In this document: in pieces, positions 57,941-64,000 of the stretch
Numbering within the stretch: position 1 is the first letter of the stretch
Layout of the letters: each line of letters starts with the position of its first letter
Source: a virus
Taxonomy: Duplodnaviria > Caudoviricetes
DNA length: 64,000 bases
Strand: one strand, 5' to 3'
Virus record (IMG/VR): IMGVR_UViG_3300002026_000124
Location: 8,176-72,175 of that record
Position numbers and translations under genes: made by a program
The notes under the pieces: model-generated
The model's input: the letters and a program-made list of their open reading frames with translations, nothing else
Database searches by the model: none
Told to the model about the DNA's origin: nothing

Positions 57941-58315
57941 ATGGAAGGTATGAGAATCAGAGGTAATAGAGAAACTAAAGTTGATAAAGCAAACTTAATT
58001 GAACAAATTAAACTGAATAAAAAAAATCATGTCAGGGAGTACGAAAAGGCAATTCTTGCTTATAAAGAAGAGGCACTAAATCAATTAAGTAAAGAGTTTA
58101 AGAGAGTTGAAAATGGTGCTCTTGACGCTAAATTGGATTTGATAACCCCAATCAATAATGCTAAAAACTACGATAAGATTATCGAAATGTTTGAATGGGA
58201 AGTTGAAGATTATGTCGTTTTGACACAAGCAGAATTCAATGAATATGTTCAGGACGAAACCGAATTTGCTAGACAAGCTAAATTCTCGAACACATTTTAC
58301 TCCAATTCAATTTAA
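57941..58315 (+). CDS. hypothetical protein
   Basis: 124 aa ORF. Confidence 0.6.
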   Translation: MEGMRIRGNRETKVDKANLIEQIKLNKKNHVREYEKAILAYKEEALNQLSKEFKRVENGALDAKLDLITPINNAKNYDKIIEMFEWEVEDYVVLTQAEFNEYVQDETEFARQAKFSNTFYSNSI

Positions 58316-58364
58316 ACATTGGTAACGTCAATATGAAATAAGAGTATTTATGTGAAAAAGAATT

Positions 58365-58583
58365 ATGAAAAAAATTTGGAATTTTATTATTAGTAACATT
58401 ATCATGACCATTAAATCGGCATGGTACGCAATTCTTGCAGCAATAATTGGAACAATCGTTGGAATTATCTGGGATTTTAATACCGGATTTTTCACGTTTT
58501 TTGGAATTTGCATTGCATTTGTATTATTCATTTGGGTTCGTCAATTATGGTGGTGGATTACTAAAACAGGTGATTACAAATGA
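58365..58583 (+). CDS. small membrane protein
   Basis: Two transmembrane-like segments. Confidence 0.6.
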   Translation: MKKIWNFIISNIIMTIKSAWYAILAAIIGTIVGIIWDFNTGFFTFFGICIAFVLFIWVRQLWWWITKTGDYK

Positions 58584-59098
58584 AAGTAACTATTTTAAAA
58601 AATAGAAGAAGACCATTTCCATTCTTTCGTTTTCCAAGTCTAACAATATTCAGGAGAACTAAATCTTATTCAATTAAAATAAGATTTATGTTCACTGAAT
58701 CGTGTTTTTATAAATTTAATGATGCTGACCAATATGACATAAACAAATTATTTGGCTTTAGCATTGGTTTACACCATAATAATTCATTTAGATTTGGTTG
58801 GAGACCCAATGCTGATTTAAGTAAAATGGAAATCGTTGGTTATGAATATCTTAATAAATTAAGAATTCCAACATTACCAATTTGTGAAGTTAAGGTTGGT
58901 AAGTGGTATGGTTACGAAATAAGATATAATGCTAAAACGAATTATATTGAATACACAGTGACTAGTGAAGATGAAAATTTTGGAATGCAACATCCGGTAA
59001 AACAAAAAAATAAAATATTTTTCGGATATAAATTGGGTTTGTATTTCGGTGGTAATAAAAAACCACCACATAAGATGATTTTTTATAGGAGAAGTTAA
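58580..59098 (+). CDS. hypothetical protein
   Basis: 172 aa coupled ORF. Confidence 0.6.
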   Translation: MKVTILKNRRRPFPFFRFPSLTIFRRTKSYSIKIRFMFTESCFYKFNDADQYDINKLFGFSIGLHHNNSFRFGWRPNADLSKMEIVGYEYLNKLRIPTLPICEVKVGKWYGYEIRYNAKTNYIEYTVTSEDENFGMQHPVKQKNKIFFGYKLGLYFGGNKKPPHKMIFYRRS

Positions 59099-59099
59099 T

Positions 59100-60008
59100 A
59101 TGGGATTTGATATCAATAGCAAAACTGGTCGTTGGATTGACGAATATGGATTAATGTTGGGGCATAACCCCGATTGGAATCCAAATGGTGATATGGGTAA
59201 GGGCGATTGTATTGGTACGGCATTAGATGCATATCTTGCATATGACTATAAACCATTTGTGAGAGCGGTAAAGGGTTGCTACGAGATTAAAGAAGACGAA
59301 AAAGGATTATATGTTGAGGGTTATAGACATCCAAGCTATAAGAATGATGATTATAACGACATGAGTCGAGACCATATTCTGAATACTTTGGTACTAATGA
59401 AACTTAGTGATGAAAAGGTTTATTTAAAGTTTTTATCCAAAAATTTAAGGTGGAGAATTTCTGATAGATATAAATTTACCATTGATTTGTGGTTATGGAT
59501 GAAAGGAATTACCGGAAATCGATTTGCGATGTTAGCATATTATATGGTCATTATCGTAAGTATGTTTTTCTCAATATTGTTGAATAAAATAATCTATTTG
59601 TTAGCGGGTATCAGTAAAGAAGTTCCACAAGACAAATATGTACAGTTTGACAGAAGTAAATTTTCTAAATTTCAATTATTTTTAATTGGAATAAGATTTC
59701 CGATGTATACATTATGTCAAATGTCTTTCATGCTATATGCCACACCCGATTCCCCTGGTAAATGGTTATTGAAAAAGATTTGCTTATGGGGAATTGATAA
59801 AGAAAATTTCTTATTGAGAATAATGTATGGTGGAAAGGTTAGTGCTGAAGATGTCTACAATTATAAATCAATGAGTAGCTGGCGTTGGAGCACATACTTA
59901 AATGAATTAAATGACAGGGATTTATACATTATCACTGACCCCAAAGAACTTGAAGCTAATGTACTTGATGTAGATTTGCTTAGAAAAATGTATGAAAAAT
60001 TAAAATAA
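59100..60008 (+). CDS. hypothetical protein
   Basis: 302 aa ORF. Confidence 0.6.
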   Translation: MGFDINSKTGRWIDEYGLMLGHNPDWNPNGDMGKGDCIGTALDAYLAYDYKPFVRAVKGCYEIKEDEKGLYVEGYRHPSYKNDDYNDMSRDHILNTLVLMKLSDEKVYLKFLSKNLRWRISDRYKFTIDLWLWMKGITGNRFAMLAYYMVIIVSMFFSILLNKIIYLLAGISKEVPQDKYVQFDRSKFSKFQLFLIGIRFPMYTLCQMSFMLYATPDSPGKWLLKKICLWGIDKENFLLRIMYGGKVSAEDVYNYKSMSSWRWSTYLNELNDRDLYIITDPKELEANVLDVDLLRKMYEKLK

Positions 60009-60009
60009 T

Positions 60010-60092
60010 GCCGATGTGGTTCAGGGGTCGACAACGCCAGTCTTGTAAACTGGAGACGTAAGTCCGCGCTGGTTCGAATCCAGCCATCGGCT
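60010..60092 (+). tRNA. tRNA-Thr(TGT) with long variable arm
   Basis: CCAGT-CTTGTAA-ACTGG; variable hairpin GAC-GTAA-GTC. Confidence 0.85.
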
Positions 60093-60133
60093 CTCTAAAA
60101 ATAACTTTATTAATACAAATAACATGGAAAGCG

Positions 60134-60355
60134 ATGAAGGTAAGCAGAGAAAAAACAGCAACCTTGTTTCTATTCTTAGGAACATTTTTCAACCCATTGG
60201 GTTACGATGCAGCTCTAAAGTGGCTGATGGACACAACAGGCAGTTATTGGTTTTCAATTTCTATTTTTTACCTTGTATCGCTGTCTTGTTTTATATCTTA
60301 CTTTGTATTAGCTAAGATAAACCCTTTTAAAATTTTTACAAGAAAAAGGAATTAA
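60134..60355 (+). CDS. small membrane protein
   Basis: Two hydrophobic segments. Confidence 0.5.
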   Translation: MKVSREKTATLFLFLGTFFNPLGYDAALKWLMDTTGSYWFSISIFYLVSLSCFISYFVLAKINPFKIFTRKRN

Positions 60356-60387
60356 TGTTGGAAATTAATTCCCTTTTTATTACATTT

Positions 60388-60459
60388 GCCCTTATAGTAT
60401 AACGGATAATACAGAGGTCTTCTAAACCACAGATTGGGGTTCGATTCCCCGTAGGGGTA
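60388..60459 (+). tRNA. tRNA-Arg(TCT)
   Basis: Loop CTTCTAA, A20. Confidence 0.85.
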
Positions 60460-60478
60460 CTATCTTAAATTTAAAACA

Positions 60479-60661
60479 ATGAATAGAGTAAAAATTACGA
60501 TTAATGTCGACAGCGAAAAAGAATTAACTGAGAAAGAAATTGTTGAAGCAATGGTTAATTTTAAATATCGCTTAGAAGGATACACCACCGAGTCTCCTGA
60601 ATTTTTATCTAATGCTGAAATTAGTATTGATAAAAAATATGTTATAACAACACTCTCATAG
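60479..60661 (+). CDS. hypothetical protein
   Basis: 60 aa ORF between tRNAs. Confidence 0.45.
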   Translation: MNRVKITINVDSEKELTEKEIVEAMVNFKYRLEGYTTESPEFLSNAEISIDKKYVITTLS

Positions 60662-60723
60662 TTCAACGGATAGAATTGGAGTTTCCTAAACTTTAGACAC
60701 AGGTTCGATTCCTGTTGGGAGTA
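60652..60723 (+). tRNA. tRNA-Arg(CCT)
   Basis: Loop TTCCTAA, A20. Confidence 0.85.
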
Positions 60724-60738
60724 CAAAAAAATGTTATT

Positions 60739-61119
60739 ATGATTAGATTTTTAAATAAAAACGATAAAAAGGAGCTAAACAATTTAATAAAAATTGCTCT
60801 TAATGAAAAAATGTTTATTGTAAAAAAGAAAAATCATCATTTCTTCGGCTATTTTGAAGACAATAAATTAGTTGGCGTTGTTGGATTTTTTACAATGAAA
60901 AGATTTAAAACTATTGGTTTTGTAAGTGCATTTGTTTTACCCGAATATCGTGGAAAGGGTATTTATGATAAACTTTCGAAAGAAAGATTGGAATATTGTC
61001 AACAACATTATAACGGTTTTATCATATTTATAACAACAAATGATAAAAGCAGACCACAGATGGAAAAAATTGGTTTTAAATTGATTGAACATCAATATAG
61101 AATGTATTTAAATATTTAA
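60739..61119 (+). CDS. GNAT acetyltransferase
   Basis: FVLPEYRGKGIY motif A. Confidence 0.85.
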   Translation: MIRFLNKNDKKELNNLIKIALNEKMFIVKKKNHHFFGYFEDNKLVGVVGFFTMKRFKTIGFVSAFVLPEYRGKGIYDKLSKERLEYCQQHYNGFIIFITTNDKSRPQMEKIGFKLIEHQYRMYLNI

Positions 61120-61124
61120 CAATT

Positions 61125-61197
61125 GCCCTTGTAATTCAACGGATAGAATGCTTGGTTTCGACCCAAGTCGTTGCGGGTTCGAGTCCTGCCGAGGGTA
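61125..61197 (+). tRNA. tRNA-Arg(TCG)
   Basis: CTTGG-TTTCGAC-CCAAG. Confidence 0.9.
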
Positions 61198-61203
61198 CAA
61201 AAT

Positions 61204-61278
61204 ACACTTGTGGCGCAATTGGATTAGCGCAATTGATTACGAATCAATAGGTTGGGGGTTCGAATCCCTTCAGGTGTA
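61204..61278 (+). tRNA. tRNA-Arg(ACG)
   Basis: ATTGA-TTACGAA-TCAAT. Confidence 0.9.
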
Positions 61279-61287
61279 CTAATATGA

Positions 61288-61536
61288 ATGAAAATGAAAA
61301 AGTTAAAAACTAATATCTTAAAAAAGATTAATCAGAGAGTCCGTATTGTAAAAAACGGAGAATCTTTTGAAGTTCAAAGTAGAAAATCTGATATTGGAAA
61401 TTGGATTGGTATAAGTACTTTTGCCTCCCATCGAAAAGCATTAGATAAAAAGCATAACTATATAGTTATGATAGTGTTGAGGGATTTAGGATTTCGTTCT
61501 GAATTTGCTAACAGAAGAAAAAAAAGGAAAGGATGA
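61288..61536 (+). CDS. basic hypothetical protein
   Basis: 82 aa ORF. Confidence 0.5.
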   Translation: MKMKKLKTNILKKINQRVRIVKNGESFEVQSRKSDIGNWIGISTFASHRKALDKKHNYIVMIVLRDLGFRSEFANRRKKRKG

Positions 61537-61760
61537 AAAAGGAAAGGGTTATTGTAATATATGCCGATACATGGGATAATTTATGTGTTGAAATGCTAGG
61601 TTATTATCATGACCATTGCCGACATTATTATGCCGGATTAACCACCGAAACTCCCAAACACTTACAGGATTTAATTAAAGAGGAAAAAAATTATGTCTTT
61701 CTTTGCGAAGAAGACGAACCATATAAAGTCAATAATATGAAAAATTTTAATAGTTCTTAG
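61533..61760 (+). CDS. hypothetical protein
   Basis: 75 aa ORF. Confidence 0.5.
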   Translation: MKKERVIVIYADTWDNLCVEMLGYYHDHCRHYYAGLTTETPKHLQDLIKEEKNYVFLCEEDEPYKVNNMKNFNSS

Positions 61761-61786
61761 TTTGCCACTCTTGGTAAATTAAGATT

Positions 61787-61993
61787 ATGGTAGCTTTAAA
61801 AAAGAAGACCAAAAAACCACCAATGAAATATTGGTTGGTTGAACTCACCCTTACGAGTGGCAGAGTTCGAACATTTTATGTAAAAGCAAGAACAGAGTTT
61901 GATGCCTATAATAAGGCAGATTATTATGCTAGTCTTGCAAGTAACAAACAATTATTTGACTTGACAACATCTGAATTTAGATTGTTGTCATAA
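61787..61993 (+). CDS. hypothetical protein
   Basis: 68 aa ORF. Confidence 0.5.
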   Translation: MVALKKKTKKPPMKYWLVELTLTSGRVRTFYVKARTEFDAYNKADYYASLASNKQLFDLTTSEFRLLS

Positions 61994-62045
61994 ACACCGC
62001 AGGGTGGATGTAACTCCTAAAATCGTTATATTCACCCTGCTCCAT

Positions 62046-62116
62046 GCGTCTGTCGTTTAATGGATAGGACAGTCCCGTTCAAGGGATGTGTGGGGGTTCG
62101 AATCCCTCCGGATGCA
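62046..62116 (+). tRNA. tRNA with 6-nt anticodon loop (TTC or TCA)
   Basis: GTCCC-GTTCAA-GGGAT; Glu-like D-stem; canonical T arm. Confidence 0.65.
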
Positions 62117-62123
62117 CAATATT

Positions 62124-62199
62124 GCGGGATAGGTGTAAGTGGTTGCATGTCTGCTTGCCAAGCAGAAGGACTTAGAGAGTTCGACTCTCTCATCCCGCA
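62124..62199 (+). tRNA. tRNA-Gly(GCC)
   Basis: TCTGC-TTGCCAA-GCAGA; A73 and 8-nt variable region are atypical. Confidence 0.78.
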
Positions 62200-62257
62200 C
62201 AAATAAGTTCGAAAATCTTTTTTCGCATTTTTTTAGTATTTATGTTAAATAAATATT

Positions 62258-62941
62258 ATGAAATGGAATCAAGATGATGTTAATAAAGCAATTTCTTTAC
62301 ATCAAGCAGGAATGCAATTTAATGAAATTGCTCTATTAATGAACAGAAGTGTTCGTAGTGTTCAAGTGAGATTGAATAAGTTAGGCTGTGGTCAAAATAG
62401 ACACAAAACTACAGAAACAATAATATGTGTTGAATGTGGTAAAGAATTTATTGGATTAATAAAGGATAAAAGAAAGTTTTGTTCACAATCATGTAATGCA
62501 ACATTTAATAATAAGAAATTCCCCAAAAGAAAGAATGAAAATAAATCATCAAATTGTTTAAATTGTGGAGGCGAACTAAATTATAACCAACAAAAATTTT
62601 GTTCTAAGGAATGTAACGTTGTTCATAAACAAAATGAAACATACTGTAAAATTGAAAATGGCGATACATCGTTTTATGTGGATACATATAAAAGATATCT
62701 TATTCATAAACATGGTGAAAAATGTATGAAATGTGGATGGAATGAAATTAATCCAACAACTGGTTTAGTTCCAATTCAATTAGAACATAAAGACGGTAAT
62801 TCTGAAAATCATAATTTAAATAACTTGGAATTATTATGTCCTAATTGTCATTCATTAACACCAACATATGGTGCGTTGAATAAAGGAAATGGTCGTGAGA
62901 AAAGAAGATTAAAAAGACAAAATAAATTAGGTAATAATTAG
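62258..62941 (+). CDS. HNH homing endonuclease
   Basis: CMKCG...LEHKDGNSENHNLNNLELLCPNCHS; N-terminal Zn fingers. Confidence 0.9.
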   Translation: MKWNQDDVNKAISLHQAGMQFNEIALLMNRSVRSVQVRLNKLGCGQNRHKTTETIICVECGKEFIGLIKDKRKFCSQSCNATFNNKKFPKRKNENKSSNCLNCGGELNYNQQKFCSKECNVVHKQNETYCKIENGDTSFYVDTYKRYLIHKHGEKCMKCGWNEINPTTGLVPIQLEHKDGNSENHNLNNLELLCPNCHSLTPTYGALNKGNGREKRRLKRQNKLGNN

Positions 62942-62974
62942 ATAATGAAAACTTAAACTAAAAACCCATTTAAT

Positions 62975-63817
62975 ATGGGTTTTTTTCATATTTATTACAA
63001 ATACCTGTCTAGTAATAATATGAAAAAAATAATCCCTCTGTTTTTATTATCAATCACATTTAATTTATATGCGCAAATCGACACTATGAAAGACTATAAA
63101 TATAAAACAATTGTAATATCCGATGTTCATCTTGGATTAAAAGACTCTAAATCTGAAGAATGTATAGAGTTTTTAAAAAATAATCGATGTAAAAATTTGT
63201 TTTTAGATGGTGATATTATCGATGGTTGGCAGCTCAGTAGAGGTGGGAAGTGGAGAAAAAAGGATAGTAATTTCATAAAACAAGTATTGAAATTGTCAAA
63301 CAACGGTACTAATGTAGTTTATTTAAGGGGCAATCATGATGATTTCTTAGAAACTTTTATTCCATTTGTTATTGGATATAATTTTGAAGTGCTTAATGAT
63401 TACGTTTATGAATCATTTGGAAAAAAATATCTTATAATGCATGGTGATGTTTTTGACCCAATAACTACACAAGCGACATGGTTGGCAAAATTGGGGAGTG
63501 TTGGTTATGACATACTTTTATTTTTAAATAGACATCATAATAGAAGAAGACTTCAACAAGGACTTCCATATAAATCAATATCCCATGATATAAAGAAAAA
63601 TGTTAAATTTGTTGTTAATCTACTTTCAAGATTTGAAGATGCTGCTGTTGCATATGCAAAACAAAAAAAATGTGATGGAATTATCTGCGGACATATTCAT
63701 ACACCTGAAGATAAAATGATTAATGGAATTCATTATCTAAATTCTGGCGATTGGGTTGAAACAAAAAGTGCACTCGTAGAAGACCTTGAAGGAAATTGGA
63801 AAATCATTTATTATTAA
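62975..63817 (+). CDS. calcineurin-like metallophosphoesterase (LpxH-like)
   Basis: SDVHLG, GDIID, GNHD, HGD, GHIH, NSGDW. Confidence 0.88.
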   Translation: MGFFHIYYKYLSSNNMKKIIPLFLLSITFNLYAQIDTMKDYKYKTIVISDVHLGLKDSKSEECIEFLKNNRCKNLFLDGDIIDGWQLSRGGKWRKKDSNFIKQVLKLSNNGTNVVYLRGNHDDFLETFIPFVIGYNFEVLNDYVYESFGKKYLIMHGDVFDPITTQATWLAKLGSVGYDILLFLNRHHNRRRLQQGLPYKSISHDIKKNVKFVVNLLSRFEDAAVAYAKQKKCDGIICGHIHTPEDKMINGIHYLNSGDWVETKSALVEDLEGNWKIIYY

Positions 63818-64000
63818 AATTGTAATAAAGTATTTATATTCATGAGAAATATAATTACTTTAATTATTCTAATAGTCTTGTTTCAAAATTCGTTTTCTCA
63901 AGTCATTAAGGATAGAAATGTTGTTACGATAGGAGTAACACTAAATAAAATATTGCGATTAACTATTGATGATGGAAATGGAATTAATTTCCAATTCGAT

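Noticed and set aside
60381-60388. TACATTTG promoter for the Arg cluster
   Set aside because: It overlaps the first base of tRNA-Arg(TCT), so a start site would fall inside the tRNA; probably chance.
1-64000. Stop-codon recoding (TAG or TGA reassigned), as in some jumbo phages
   Set aside because: Long conserved ORFs are intact under the standard code, and no CTA or clean TCA suppressor tRNA was found.

Overview
AT-rich 64 kb segment of a large T4-like (jumbo) dsDNA phage, standard genetic code. The host is probably Bacteroidota, judged from TTTG-N19-TAnnTTTG promoters, SprB repeats and a Bacteroidota-style tmRNA tag core. It carries terminase and partial portal genes, virion/tail genes, class II RNR, a DNA cytosine methylase, an Rnl1-type RNA ligase, four homing endonucleases, a tmRNA and about 50 tRNA genes. 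Main discovery: the tRNAs sit in four operons, each preceded by a promoter, a short leader-peptide ORF, an antiterminator strand and an intrinsic terminator. Each leader is enriched in the amino acids of the tRNAs downstream: {Pro,His,Gln}, {Asp,Glu,Met,Val,Leu,Ala,Trp}, {Lys,Tyr} and {Thr,Cys,Ile,Ser,Asn,Phe,Gly,Arg}. Together these four sets cover all 20 amino acids, suggesting ribosome-mediated attenuation that switches on phage tRNAs when the matching charged tRNAs are depleted. About ten tRNAs with class-I anticodons carry long class-II variable arms, and the tmRNA tag lacks the usual hydrophobic degron. All calls were made by eye without tools; tRNA ends may be off by a few nt.
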